Shown piece after piece: positions 33,090 through 42,976 of a DNA stretch of 64,000 nt. Position 1 is the first letter of the stretch; each line of letters opens with the position of its first letter. Origin of the DNA: Myxococcota bacterium (GTDB taxonomy: Bacteria; Myxococcota_A; Polyangia; Polyangiales; Sandaracinaceae); contig JAYZQJ010000033.1 in the NCBI GenBank assembly GCA_036149055.1, positions 1 through 64,000 of the forward strand, written 5' to 3'. The translations under genes were made by a program, and so were the position numbers. Below the pieces are notes generated by a model. That model ran no database searches, had not been told where the DNA came from, and saw nothing but the letters and a program-made list of their open reading frames with translations.

Positions 33090-34295
33090 ATGCGGGAGCG
33101 ATTCGCACACCTCGAGGGGCGCTACTGGGTCGCCGCGCCGAGCACGGAGGCCGAGCGGGGCCGGTTGGCGGAGATGATTGGCCACCCGATCCCGGACGCG
33201 ATCTGGGAGGTAGTCCGGGGCCTGGGCGGGATGGAGCTCCGGAGCTGCTTCGTCGAGATCGAGGGTGCCTACCGGGACCGAGACGAAGCCCGCCGACTCG
33301 ATCTGGGTCGCTTCTACGTCGCATCGACGATCCTCGATCTGCTCCACCGCGCTCCGAAGGACGTGGACCCTGCGTACCACCCCTTGCCGCACGGGTTGCC
33401 GTACGGCGAGGCGGGAGGGAGCCAGCTCTGGACGCCGCTCGGCGGTCCCCTGGAGGGGGCCGTGCTCTACCACTCGGCGCGCACGGGACCCGACTCTGTC
33501 GGCTACGTGCTCGGGCCCGAGTCGGCCCGTCGCGTCGGCGAGGCGGTCCGCGCCTACGGGCCCGAGTGGCGGTACGTGTGGCCGATCGCTCGGTCCATCG
33601 ACGAGCTCATCGAGCGGATCCGGTTCCGGCCCACACCGCGCTTCGAGAGCGCGCGCGTCCGCGAGATCGCGCGAGCCGTGATGAAGGGGGCCGAGTGCAC
33701 GATGACCGAGGTCGCGGGGCGGTCGGCCGCGCGGCTCACGGTCTCGTTCGCCGCCAGCACCGGTCGGCAGATCAGCGTGCTCGACGACGACGAGGCCGCC
33801 CGCCTCGAGGCCTTCCTCGCGTGGCACCGCGACTACGCCGAGGACGACGGGGCCGAGCTTCCGAGCTTCGTCGGGCCGCGCGGCATCGAGGAGCGGTACA
33901 TCGGGCGTCCTCCAGCGACCCGTGAGATCCTGGACGCGGTGAGCGACGCGCTGGCGGGGGAGCCGATCGCGCGGCTCGAGGCGCGGCTGCAGGCGGAGGC
34001 GCAGGCGGCGGTGATCTGGCTCATCCACCTCGACGGAGCCGCGCGGCGCGTCGGGCGCGTGGTCCTCTTCGAGGGCGCGCGAGCGAGGTTTCGGGGGCGT
34101 CCCCTCGAGGACGACGTCGAGGGCGATGAAGGGCGGGCTGAGCGTCTCCACGACGCACCGGCCGCCTTCGCCGACCTGATGATGAGCGGCACCGTCGCGC
34201 AGGCGGTCCGGAGCGCGTCGGAGCGCGAGCGCGCGTTCCGCTGCGTGGTGGTCGGCGACGACGGCACCGAGGTCGTGCTGCCGCCGCCGCGCTGA
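33090..34295 (+). CDS. Hypothetical protein, possible SMI1/KNR4-like N-terminus
   Basis: RLAEMIGHPIPDAIWEVVRGLGG...IARSIDELIE pattern. Confidence 0.5.
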   Translation: MRERFAHLEGRYWVAAPSTEAERGRLAEMIGHPIPDAIWEVVRGLGGMELRSCFVEIEGAYRDRDEARRLDLGRFYVASTILDLLHRAPKDVDPAYHPLPHGLPYGEAGGSQLWTPLGGPLEGAVLYHSARTGPDSVGYVLGPESARRVGEAVRAYGPEWRYVWPIARSIDELIERIRFRPTPRFESARVREIARAVMKGAECTMTEVAGRSAARLTVSFAASTGRQISVLDDDEAARLEAFLAWHRDYAEDDGAELPSFVGPRGIEERYIGRPPATREILDAVSDALAGEPIARLEARLQAEAQAAVIWLIHLDGAARRVGRVVLFEGARARFRGRPLEDDVEGDEGRAERLHDAPAAFADLMMSGTVAQAVRSASERERAFRCVVVGDDGTEVVLPPPR

Positions 34296-34346
34296 GCTTC
34301 CCCGCGCGGAGCATCCCTTCGCCGGCGTCGTGTAGGCTCGCACACC

Positions 34347-35045
34347 GTGAGCCTCACGGACGACATCGCAGACCTCGAAGAGCGGGCCGCCAACGACCTG
34401 GGGCTCGACCCGGCGGCCTTCGTGCGTAGCGAGCTCCGCGAGAAGGACGAGGTCGTCGCGGTCGGGACCGCGTTCGACGCCGGCCTGCAGGAGGTCCTGT
34501 CCCTCGCGGGGGAGGGTGGGGATCATGGTTTCTACGCGAGCGTGTGCGCGTGCTGCTTCGGCGCGTCCGGCTCGACGACGGTCGAGGTCGACCCGGCTTC
34601 GCTCCATCCGGGGACCGCGCCCATCGCGGCGAAGATGCTCGCCCGCGCGCTGGACCTCGGTGGCCCGACCGACGGTGTGCTCGTCCCGGAGTGGGCCGAC
34701 CTCATCGGCGGGCGCGAGGACTTCGCGCATCTCGGGCAGCTGCGCGCGCACTGGACGGTCGACGCCACCCGGAGCCGCTTCGCTGGCGCGTGGCTCGCTC
34801 CCTTGCCGGGCGGACGAGACGCGCCTCGGGTCGCGCGCGCCTTCTACGAGACCCGGCTCCGGCGGTCCGCCGCTCGCTACCAGCGCCTGATCGCGATGCA
34901 GGTTCCGGCGGTGCTCATGGAGAACGAGCTCCGGATCCTGCGAGGCAATGTCGAGCAGCTGCGAGCGCGCGGGTACCTGGACGCGGTGGTCCAGAGCCTG
35001 CCGGAAGAGCTGCTCGCGACCGTGCGCGAGCACGCTGCGGTCTAG
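34347..35045 (+). CDS. Hypothetical protein
   Basis: Natural composition, most plausible frame. Confidence 0.6.
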   Translation: MSLTDDIADLEERAANDLGLDPAAFVRSELREKDEVVAVGTAFDAGLQEVLSLAGEGGDHGFYASVCACCFGASGSTTVEVDPASLHPGTAPIAAKMLARALDLGGPTDGVLVPEWADLIGGREDFAHLGQLRAHWTVDATRSRFAGAWLAPLPGGRDAPRVARAFYETRLRRSAARYQRLIAMQVPAVLMENELRILRGNVEQLRARGYLDAVVQSLPEELLATVREHAAV

Positions 35046-35131
35046 GAGCGACAGCACCATCGTCAGAGGCGACGCCGCGCGCGGGGGCGATGGCGGACGC
35101 CGGACGCTCTCGCCGACGAAGCTCGGCCCGG

Positions 35132-35836
35132 CTACCGCCCGGGCGGGGGCGGAGGAACCGGGATCGGAATCTGGGCCGTCGGCATCTTCACCTCGAACCC
35201 CCAGATCACCAGCGCCGTCGACCGGCTCGGCACGACGGTCATCCCGACGGCCACGCGCCCGAGGCCCTGCAAGTCGTCCTCGACGGAGACCACCGGCTCC
35301 CCGTCGACGTGGACCCGGAGCCGTTGTCCGATCATCGAGACGCGCAGGACGGTCGGACGCATGCGCGAGCGAGCCCCGAACGTCTCGAGACGCTTGCGGG
35401 CCAACCAGCTCAGCTCGGCCCCGCTCGCCGAGGGCATTGCCTTCTCGACCGCGATGCCGCCAGCGTCCATCAAACGGACGCCGATCCGGCCGGCCGTCGA
35501 CTGGCGCACGTTGACCACCAGCTCGGCTCCAGGGAGCAGGGTGGCGTGGACTTCGGCGTGGAAGTCGATCAGGGGGACCCGCGCCGCGAGCGCGACGCTC
35601 GCCGAGGGGCCCTGGCCGAGCACCGACTGCGCGTGCACGCATCCGAAGGTGTCGGTCGCGCGGAGCTCCTCGACGTGGAGCGCCGCCTTGGAGACGAGGT
35701 CGAGCCCGACGTGCTCGCGGGCCGCGAAGTCGAGCCACGCCACACGGCTCATGCCGTGCCGCGGGGGCCGCGCCGCGCCGCACGCGTGGCACACCACGTC
35801 GTCGTCGAGCGGGCTGCCGCACTCTCCGCACGTCAT
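35132..35836 (-). CDS. Hypothetical protein with N-terminal zinc ribbon
   Basis: CGECG...CHACG followed by a beta-rich domain. Confidence 0.55.
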   Translation of the reverse strand: MTCGECGSPLDDDVVCHACGAARPPRHGMSRVAWLDFAAREHVGLDLVSKAALHVEELRATDTFGCVHAQSVLGQGPSASVALAARVPLIDFHAEVHATLLPGAELVVNVRQSTAGRIGVRLMDAGGIAVEKAMPSASGAELSWLARKRLETFGARSRMRPTVLRVSMIGQRLRVHVDGEPVVSVEDDLQGLGRVAVGMTVVPSRSTALVIWGFEVKMPTAQIPIPVPPPPPGR

Positions 35837-35882
35837 GACGCGTTCTACCACTCCGCGGATCTCGCCGGATAGGGTATGCGCC

Positions 35883-36974
35883 ATGCCCACGCTGCAGCCC
35901 GGCGACGGTCCGGTTCGCTTCGACAAAGACGACCCCTTCGCGCTCGCGCTCGCCGAGAACGGCTACCGACCCACCGACTGGTGCGCGCTCTTCGCGGGGC
36001 GGGGGCCTTGGCTGCGTCGGGGCGACGTCGATGACGCGCCGGCCGTCGTCCCGGCGGCGCGGGTCGAGCACGTCGGCGCGCTGTCGGTCACCGACGGCTC
36101 CCTGTCTGCGCTCGACCCGTTCCTGCCCCCGAGCCTTCGCTCGGTCGGCACTCTCGCCCACGCCCTCTCGAACGGCGAGCACCCGGTGTTCGCGGCGCGC
36201 GGGGAGCGAGGCGAGCTCTATGCGATCTGGGTGGACCTGACCGGGGCCGCCGGGGTCCGACGCTGGATCCCCGCACACCTCGACGGCGCGGAGCTGCCGC
36301 CGCCGGGCGCCCACACCGCCCTTCCGGGGCGGCACGCCACGCTGCTCACGTCGTCACCGTCGCGCGAGTGGGCCCCGAAGGGGATGCAGGACGCGTTGAA
36401 CGATGCGGGGTTGTACGCGAAGGACGGAGTGGTCGTGGTGAAGACGCCGGCCGGCCCGCCGCACGCCGCCGTCGGCTTCGACGCGGCGGACGCGCCCGCC
36501 GCGCTCGTCGTGGACGTCCACCGTCTCCGAACGCCGCGGCAGGAAGTGGACGACATCGACCTGGGTGAGACGCCCAGCCTCTTTCTGCGCGAGCACGGCT
36601 TCCTCTCGCTGGACACGATGGTGAGCGTGAGCGTGCCCGACCCCCGGACCTCCGCGCTGGACGCCGTGGTGGCCATCGACTCGGGCTCCGAGATTCCCCC
36701 GCGCCGCAGCGACTGGACCGTCGGGGCGGGCGGAGCCCGCAACCTCCAGCTCGTCTTCGACCCGCATCGCGGAGCCGCCCCCCGTCGCTTCCGCGTGCGT
36801 TGGCGGGCTCCGAGCCACCCCCCGGTCCTGCTCGACGAGGCCCACGTGCGCCGCGCGCTCGTCGACCTCGGCGTGATGCCGTTCATCGCGGAGCACGAGG
36901 CGCGCGCCCTCGTCGCCGACGCGGCGGCCCCCGGGTGGGAGCCCTCACCGCTCGTGGCCGAGCTGCTCCTCTAG
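35883..36974 (+). CDS. Hypothetical protein with DUF4241-like region
   Basis: VGALSVTDGSLSALDPFL...GEHPVF pattern. Confidence 0.5.
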   Translation: MPTLQPGDGPVRFDKDDPFALALAENGYRPTDWCALFAGRGPWLRRGDVDDAPAVVPAARVEHVGALSVTDGSLSALDPFLPPSLRSVGTLAHALSNGEHPVFAARGERGELYAIWVDLTGAAGVRRWIPAHLDGAELPPPGAHTALPGRHATLLTSSPSREWAPKGMQDALNDAGLYAKDGVVVVKTPAGPPHAAVGFDAADAPAALVVDVHRLRTPRQEVDDIDLGETPSLFLREHGFLSLDTMVSVSVPDPRTSALDAVVAIDSGSEIPPRRSDWTVGAGGARNLQLVFDPHRGAAPRRFRVRWRAPSHPPVLLDEAHVRRALVDLGVMPFIAEHEARALVADAAAPGWEPSPLVAELLL

Positions 36975-37139
36975 CAATGTTCGGCAAAGACGGTGGCGTT
37001 GGCCGAGGGGAGCGCCCCAAGTGCGCCCGCAGCGCTGCAAGGTCGCGTGTTACGGCGACACTGCGTCGTCGTAGCGAACGGCGGGCGCAGGCGCAGGTCC
37101 AGGTGGACGGAACCATGTTCGCCTCACTGCGCCTCGCGC

Positions 37140-37515
37140 TCGACGCTGCGGACGAGGTGCTCGAGGAGAAGCTCCACGTGGTCAAGGAGCACCAGCGCCG
37201 TCGCGTGGTTCGCCGCACCACGTGTCGCTGCCGCGACTGCGGAGGCCGCACGACGCCGCGGTCGCTGCCCTCCCGATCGACAACTCCCCCACCGAGCGCG
37301 AGCTCCAGAACGTCGCCAAGCTCCGCCTCAACATGCTCTTCGCCGGCAGCACCGAGGGGGCCCATCGCGCCTGCGTGCTCCGCGGCATCGTCGCCACCTG
37401 CCGCGCGATCGGCGTACCCGCTCAGGCCTACCTCGCGTGGGTCTACGACCGGCTCGGCACCCACCGCGACGTCTTCGCCCTGCCGCTCGAAGACATGCGC
37501 CTGCGCCCTTCAATG
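37140..37515 (+). pseudogene. Internally deleted IS66-family transposase (TnpC) remnant
   Basis: Zinc-finger segment (EVLEEKLHVV...CRCRDCG) joined out of frame to the C-terminal segment PIDNSPTERELQNVAKLRLNMLFAGSTEGA...IVATCRAIGV. Confidence 0.8.
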
Positions 37516-37771
37516 AGGCGACCTTCAGCTGAGCGCGAGCTCCGCGTCGACGGCGTCCCTCGCGGTCGCGCGCTCTGCATCCGCCTTCGCTGAACGGTCA
37601 CGATGTGACGCGACGAAGGCGTAGGTGACGTCCTTCACCAACGCGCTCGCGGAGGAGCTACACGAGATGGACGAGACGGTCACCGCGCTCGGTCGTCGGC
37701 TCGAGCGGCTCCGCTCTCGAGGGGGGCGGGCTCCCGGTCGCGGCGACCGGGAGCCTGTCCGTCTTCGAGCG

Positions 37772-39631
37772 TCAGGGGCCCGTCCAGCCCCCGATGAAGC
37801 GGTGGCCCGCGGCGTCGAAGTTGGGCGGCGGGCTGGCGCTCGTCGCGATGATCAGATCGTCGACGAAGCAGTGGTTGGCCGGCGGCGACTCGTTGTTCCA
37901 GTAGGTGAAGAGGTAGAGCGCGTCGATGTCGCCGCCGCTGTCGGGGATCGTGGGCACGTCGGCACGGTCGAAGATGAGCTCACCGTCACGCCAGATCCGC
38001 ATGCGACCGCCGCCGCCCCGGCTCGCCGGCACGTCGTCGATGGAGAGGTACATCTCGTAGCGCTCCCAGCGCCCGCGCGGGATGGGGGCGCCGTCGTACA
38101 CCTCCCAGACGTGGTGGCCTTCCTTGATGGTGCGGAGGACGCTCGAGGAGGAGTCCGCCTGGTCGATGTAGAGGTCGTTGTAGCCACCGTTGCCCCCGCT
38201 GGAGGTGCGCGAGTGCAGGCGAATGAACTTCATCCACGGCGACGCCGAGAACTGGAAGCTGCTCGGCCAGTACACGTCGAACCGCACCCAGACTTCCTCG
38301 CCCGCGCGGAGCCTCGGACGGATGGGGACGATGCCCCCCCAGCGGCCGAATCCCCCGTTGTCGCCCGGCTCGATGGCCATGCGGGCGCTCTGGAGCCCGC
38401 GCGCGGCGCGCTCCCGGCTGGCGGTGGTGCGCCCGGCCGAGCCGAAGGGCGAGCCGCCGTTCAGCGAGGCTCCTGCCGAATACGACTCGAAGCCGTCCGC
38501 GAAGTACGGCTCGAAGGAGCCGCCGCCGCCCGGGACGCCGCCGCCGCCCGGGGCGCCGCTGGCGTCCGTGCTGAACCACTGCTCGTTGGAGACGCCGGAA
38601 CGGCCGATCCGGTTGCGAGCCCGCACGCGGAGGCCGTATCGGGTGTCGGGGTCGAGCCCGGTGAGCGTCCAGGTCGTGAGGTTCGCGGCGGGAGCGGCGA
38701 GCTCGACCCAGCTCGTGCTCGGCGAGTCCCATCGCTCGATGACGAAGTCCTCCTCGTTCGAGCTGTTGTCCGTCCAGGTGGCGATCGCCTCGGTCGCCGT
38801 CACGCCGCTGATCCGGAAGGCGCCGGGCACGCCGTCGGGAGCGGTGGTGGGCACGGTCACGGGCGCCGCCTCGGTGCGGAACCACACCTCGTTGCTCGGC
38901 GTGGTCAGCCCCAGCGAGTTCCGGGCGCGGACGCGGATGCCGTAGCGGGTGTCGGGATCGAGTCCGCTCAGCGTCCAAGACGTGCTGTTCGCGCCGGGGG
39001 CCGCGATCTCGACCCAGCTCGTGCTGGGCGTGTCCCATCGCTCGATCGTGAAGTCGGTCTCGTTGGAGCTGTTGTCGGTCCACTGCGCGCGGGCGCCCGT
39101 GTCGGTCACCGCGTCGACCGCGAGGCCGCTCGGATCGCCGTCGGGCGGCGTCGGGCTCGAGGGCACGCCGATCGTGAGATCGCCGCACGCCCACTCGCGG
39201 GTCCCGCCCGCGTTCCAGTTCGTCCAGACGTAGTAGTCGCCGTCGGCCAGGTCGATGCGGTGCTCGTCGATGCCACCCCCGGACACGGCGATCTCGCCGT
39301 CGGGCGGCGCCATGAAGCAGGCCGTGCCGGTCGAGCTCGCGCGCATCGAGCCCGTGATCACGGTCTCGTAGAGGGTCGGGGTCCCCCGCCATGGGTAGCC
39401 GTAGGTGAAGTCGACATCGGGAGGCAGCCCGGTCAGGCAGACCTCCAGCCGGTCCTCCGGATAGATCGGCGAGGTGGTGACGCTCCGGCTGACCGTCACC
39501 GCGACGCTCCCATGGGGGCTCGCGCACTCCGCCCCGATCCGCGCCGTGAGCTCGGCGGCCGCGGGGTCGCCCACTTGCTCCGAGCACCCGACGGCGAGCG
39601 CCAGGGTGAGAATTCCGAGTCGAGTTCGCAT
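37772..39631 (-). CDS. Lipoprotein with two FN3 repeats and a C-terminal polysaccharide-lyase-like jelly-roll domain
   Basis: Lipobox LAVGC; duplicated WTDNSSNE...YG(I/L)RVRARN; FADGFESY...WERYEMYL...FVDDLII. Confidence 0.7.
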   Translation of the reverse strand: MRTRLGILTLALAVGCSEQVGDPAAAELTARIGAECASPHGSVAVTVSRSVTTSPIYPEDRLEVCLTGLPPDVDFTYGYPWRGTPTLYETVITGSMRASSTGTACFMAPPDGEIAVSGGGIDEHRIDLADGDYYVWTNWNAGGTREWACGDLTIGVPSSPTPPDGDPSGLAVDAVTDTGARAQWTDNSSNETDFTIERWDTPSTSWVEIAAPGANSTSWTLSGLDPDTRYGIRVRARNSLGLTTPSNEVWFRTEAAPVTVPTTAPDGVPGAFRISGVTATEAIATWTDNSSNEEDFVIERWDSPSTSWVELAAPAANLTTWTLTGLDPDTRYGLRVRARNRIGRSGVSNEQWFSTDASGAPGGGGVPGGGGSFEPYFADGFESYSAGASLNGGSPFGSAGRTTASRERAARGLQSARMAIEPGDNGGFGRWGGIVPIRPRLRAGEEVWVRFDVYWPSSFQFSASPWMKFIRLHSRTSSGGNGGYNDLYIDQADSSSSVLRTIKEGHHVWEVYDGAPIPRGRWERYEMYLSIDDVPASRGGGGRMRIWRDGELIFDRADVPTIPDSGGDIDALYLFTYWNNESPPANHCFVDDLIIATSASPPPNFDAAGHRFIGGWTGP

Positions 39632-39720
39632 GAAGCCTCCTTCGCCTCGGTTCTAGCCGTGGAGCCGGTCGCAGCGTCCTGATGCCCGCTGAGACGCGCT
39701 TAGCCGGGCGGGCCGAGGGC

Positions 39721-39786
39721 GTTCGAGTCCCGTCCGTCCCGACCCGAAAGCCCTCTGCTCACGCAGAGGGCTTTCGCCTTTCCGTC
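39721..39786 (+). repeat. attR-like duplicate of the tRNA-Asp 3' end and terminator
   Basis: GTTCGAGTCCCGTCCGTCCCGACCCGAAAGCCCTCTGCTCACGCAGAGGGCTTTCGCCTTTCCGTC. Confidence 0.9.
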
Positions 39787-39814
39787 TACCGCGCCGTCGA
39801 TCCAGCAGCGCCGC

Positions 39815-40630
39815 TCAGGCCAGAGGACCGCGAGGCGTCGCCAGCACGGCGGTGGCTCGCTCCGCCGTGCAGAGCGGTCGCAGAGCTGGGTCGATCAAGA
39901 GCGCGACGGGGGCGACCTGGGCATGGTCGACCGGATACCAGCGGGGGACCTGGGCCTCGAGGACCGACCACGCTCGCTCGGGGTCCTCCGCGGCGAGTCC
40001 ACGCGCCACCTTGACCGCGCATTCGAAGTCCATGGCCGCGGGATGCGAGAAGTACTGCTCGATCATGGCCGCGGGCACCGCGTAGCAGACCGCCAGCGAG
40101 AAGATGTGCCGGGCCATGCCCGCCGGGTCGTCGACGAGGTCGGGGCGCACGTCGGGCGCCTTGGCGACCGCCGCCTCGAAGGCCTCGGTGTCGGTGCTCC
40201 GGCTGGCCCGGCTCCAGCTCCAGGCGGGCCAGTCGACCAGCCCGCTTCCCTGGTCCCGGGCCAGCGCGCGCAGCGCGCGGAGCCACTTGGCATGTCGATC
40301 CACCAGGCGAGCAGCCCTTGCCCGCAGCGCGCGGCTCGCGGCCTCTTCGATCTCGTCCCACGGTCGACCTCTCTCGCCCGCGAGCGCGAGCAGCCTGACC
40401 ATGTCGTCGAAGACGTTGCCGGCGTACACGGCGCCAGGCTCGGCGGCCAGCCGAGCGGCGTGCTCGACGACCACGTCCCATTCGCCTCGAACGGCCGCGA
40501 GCTCTGCCAGGGAAGCGGAGGCCGAGACGCTCCCCGCCTCGGCGAGCTCCCTCAGCAGACCGAAGGCCTGGTCGGAGTCTCCCGCGAGAGCCAGCTCGCG
40601 CGCTCGCCTGAGTGCCTGTTTCGTCGTCAC
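39815..40630 (-). CDS. Hypothetical alpha-helical protein
   Basis: Natural composition, helical-repeat-like. Confidence 0.6.
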   Translation of the reverse strand: MTTKQALRRARELALAGDSDQAFGLLRELAEAGSVSASASLAELAAVRGEWDVVVEHAARLAAEPGAVYAGNVFDDMVRLLALAGERGRPWDEIEEAASRALRARAARLVDRHAKWLRALRALARDQGSGLVDWPAWSWSRASRSTDTEAFEAAVAKAPDVRPDLVDDPAGMARHIFSLAVCYAVPAAMIEQYFSHPAAMDFECAVKVARGLAAEDPERAWSVLEAQVPRWYPVDHAQVAPVALLIDPALRPLCTAERATAVLATPRGPLA

Positions 40631-40674
40631 CGGTCGTCTTCGCTCCCTCGTGTGTCGTAGGCTAGATCGCGCCG

Positions 40675-41205
40675 ATGTCCTCGGTCTCGATCGCAGTAGC
40701 CGACCCGTGGACCGGGTCTTTCGACGAGCGCGAGCCCGTCAGGGCCGTGGGCGACGGCCACGTCCACGCGCGGCTGACCCTCCGGGTCGCCGGTCGACCC
40801 TTGCCGGGCCTGGGCTTCTTCGGCCCGGACGACGTGTGTCTGGACCACTGGCTCGCGGCGTTCTGCGAGCTTCGCGAGACGTTCGAGGGTCGAGCGTCCG
40901 CGGAGTGCGTCATCGACGACCACGAGCAGGGATCTAACAAGTACCGGTTCCGTCGCGAAGGCGCGCGCGTCTTCGTCTCCGTGATCCCATACGGGTCGTC
41001 GCAACCCGACCCTGGCTTCCACGACGTCGAGTGCCTGACTGCTGACCTGTTCACGGAGATCGACGCGGCCCTGGCTGCGATCGAGGCGCTGGCGATCCGG
41101 GAGGGGGGCGACGCCGGTGAGCACTGGTGGCGCGATCTCGCGATGGGCGCTCACCTCGATCGCGACCGTGTTCTCCAGGTGAGCTCGGCGGACGAAGAGG
41201 AATGA
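40675..41205 (+). CDS. Hypothetical acidic protein
   Basis: Most plausible frame. Confidence 0.55.
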   Translation: MSSVSIAVADPWTGSFDEREPVRAVGDGHVHARLTLRVAGRPLPGLGFFGPDDVCLDHWLAAFCELRETFEGRASAECVIDDHEQGSNKYRFRREGARVFVSVIPYGSSQPDPGFHDVECLTADLFTEIDAALAAIEALAIREGGDAGEHWWRDLAMGAHLDRDRVLQVSSADEEE

Positions 41206-41917
41206 CACGCGGCCAGCAGGCAAGCTCGCCCTCGAGGTCGCCGGGATGCACGGCCAGCTCGACCGGCTCGTCCGCCTGCACCGCGGCCGCGTGAGACGAC
41301 AGGTCGGGCGCCGTCAGCGAGCCTCGCTCGCTCGGGGGGCGGCCGGGGCGCGACCACTCGATGCGCATGTCCGGGTGGAGGAGCATGCGCGGGAAACGGA
41401 AGGCGCCGGCCTCGTCGGTGACTGCGCGGACGCGTCGACACGCACCTGCCAAGCACGTCTCCGCCAGGAGCGGCGGCGCCACGACGACCACGTGGTCGGG
41501 GAGCGGCTGACCTCGGGGGTCGAGGAGGCGTCCACGGAGGACCGCGCCGCGCCGCAGCGCGAGACGCACCGGCGCGTCCGGGGGAGGGCCTGCGTATCGA
41601 TGGCGGTGTGCGTTAGGGTTCGTCCACTGGAGGCCGAAGTCGTCGTGCGCGGCTCGGAGCTCCATCCAGTCGCCGCCAGGCACGCAGAATCGGAACCCGC
41701 CCCGAGCGTCCGTGCGGCCACGTCCCTCCCACGGGTCGAGGCGGTCGCCATGGCCCGACGCCACGACCTCGGCCGACGCCACTCCAGTGCCGCTGTCGGC
41801 GTCGACCACCCGGCCGCGCACCTCGGCGGCGCAAGCCGAGTGGGTTCCCGGCCTGCGTGGGGCCGCGCCGCAGCCGAGGACCAGGGCGCAGAGCACGGAG
41901 ACCTGCTTCGCGTTCAC
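41051..41917 (-). CDS. Lipoprotein with carboxypeptidase-regulatory-like repeats; 3' end doubtful
   Basis: LVLGC lipobox; VRGRVVDADSG...TDARGGFRF and LRGRLLDPRG...TDEAGAFRF; 155-bp overlap with the opposite gene. Confidence 0.55.
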   Translation of the reverse strand: MNAKQVSVLCALVLGCGAAPRRPGTHSACAAEVRGRVVDADSGTGVASAEVVASGHGDRLDPWEGRGRTDARGGFRFCVPGGDWMELRAAHDDFGLQWTNPNAHRHRYAGPPPDAPVRLALRRGAVLRGRLLDPRGQPLPDHVVVVAPPLLAETCLAGACRRVRAVTDEAGAFRFPRMLLHPDMRIEWSRPGRPPSERGSLTAPDLSSHAAAVQADEPVELAVHPGDLEGELACWPRVIPLRPPSSPGEHGRDRGERPSRDRATSAHRRRPPPGSPAPRSQPGPRRSP

Positions 41918-41975
41918 GAGAGCCTCGACGCCGGCCGCCCCGCGAGCGGCTCATGGCACCGTGCACGGCGCGGGC

Positions 41976-42023
41976 TGGTAGTCGAGGGGCGTGGTAGTCG
42001 AGGGACGTGGTAGTCGAGGGGCG
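41976..42023 (+). repeat. Three tandem copies of 16-bp TGGTAGTCGAGGG(G/A)CG
   Basis: Units start at 41976, 41992 and 42008. Confidence 0.9.
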
Positions 42024-42970
42024 TGGCCGGCGGAGAGGCGGAACGGGCGCGCGTGCGGTTCCGGGAGGGGACGGACGACGGCGAGGGGCTGACGTTCGAG
42101 GTGGAGCGCGGGCCGTCTGCGCTGCGTCTCGAGGTCTCGCCGTCCCGGCGGCTTCGGCTGGTGGCGGGTGAGCGCTGGCTGATGTGGGCGGAGCTCTGGA
42201 GCGGACACTACGGGGTGACGCTCGTCCGGAGCGACGACCCGCGGAGCCCGGAGATCCTGCCTCCGATGCGCTCGGCCGATGTGCGCCGCGTCTCCACGCG
42301 CGAGGCGTGGCTGCGGCGGCTGGCGCGATCGCTCGCGGAGAGCTCGCGCGCTCCGCTGCGGTCCGGGACGTGGCGCCTCGTCGCGCTGAAGCCTGACGGC
42401 GCGGGCAGGTTCGCGCCGAGGAGCGGCGAGGTCGGGCTCGCGGCCGTCGACCTCTTCGACGCGCTGACCGCGCCGCGGGCGCGCGAGGACGACTTCGGCG
42501 CGCAGGGCTCGTGGTCGGTGTGGCCGCTGCGGCGGCCTCCGGAGCCGGACGCGCCGCGGGTGAAGGCGTGGCGCAAGCACGCGCGGGACGGGACGCTGCC
42601 CCCGGTCGTGCTCGCGGCGGTCTCCGGTCTGAGCACGCACCTCCTCGTCGACGGCCACGACCGGCTCGCGGCCGCGCACGCGGAGGGCGTCACCCCGGAG
42701 CTGTTCGTGCTGGCGCCCGTTCGCGAGGTGGCGCCGGACGAGGGGGCGCGAGCGCGGGTCGCCGAGGCCTACGCGCGCTCCTTCGAAGCGGTGCCCGAGG
42801 CCGGGCGCGCCGCGCTCGGGGAGGCGCTGGTGCGCGCGTTCTCTCCGCTCCTGGTCGGCGCGCCCAGCGTCGCGTCCTTCCGTTCGGGGCTCGACGCGGA
42901 GTGGGAGGAGGAGGTGCGCGCGGTGCTGGGGGAGCCCGCGTTCCGGGCGCTGTTCGTCGACGCGACCTGA
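42023..42970 (+). CDS. Hypothetical protein with ParB/Srx-like DGHxR motif
   Basis: LPPVVL...LLVDGHDRLAAA. Confidence 0.6.
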   Translation: MAGGEAERARVRFREGTDDGEGLTFEVERGPSALRLEVSPSRRLRLVAGERWLMWAELWSGHYGVTLVRSDDPRSPEILPPMRSADVRRVSTREAWLRRLARSLAESSRAPLRSGTWRLVALKPDGAGRFAPRSGEVGLAAVDLFDALTAPRAREDDFGAQGSWSVWPLRRPPEPDAPRVKAWRKHARDGTLPPVVLAAVSGLSTHLLVDGHDRLAAAHAEGVTPELFVLAPVREVAPDEGARARVAEAYARSFEAVPEAGRAALGEALVRAFSPLLVGAPSVASFRSGLDAEWEEEVRAVLGEPAFRALFVDAT

Positions 42971-42976
42971 TCTCGG

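Noticed and set aside
39721..39745. Second tRNA-Asp gene
   Set aside because: Only part of the T-arm and the acceptor 3' strand are present; treated as attR
41976..42023. Possible mini-CRISPR
   Set aside because: Units are directly abutting with no spacers
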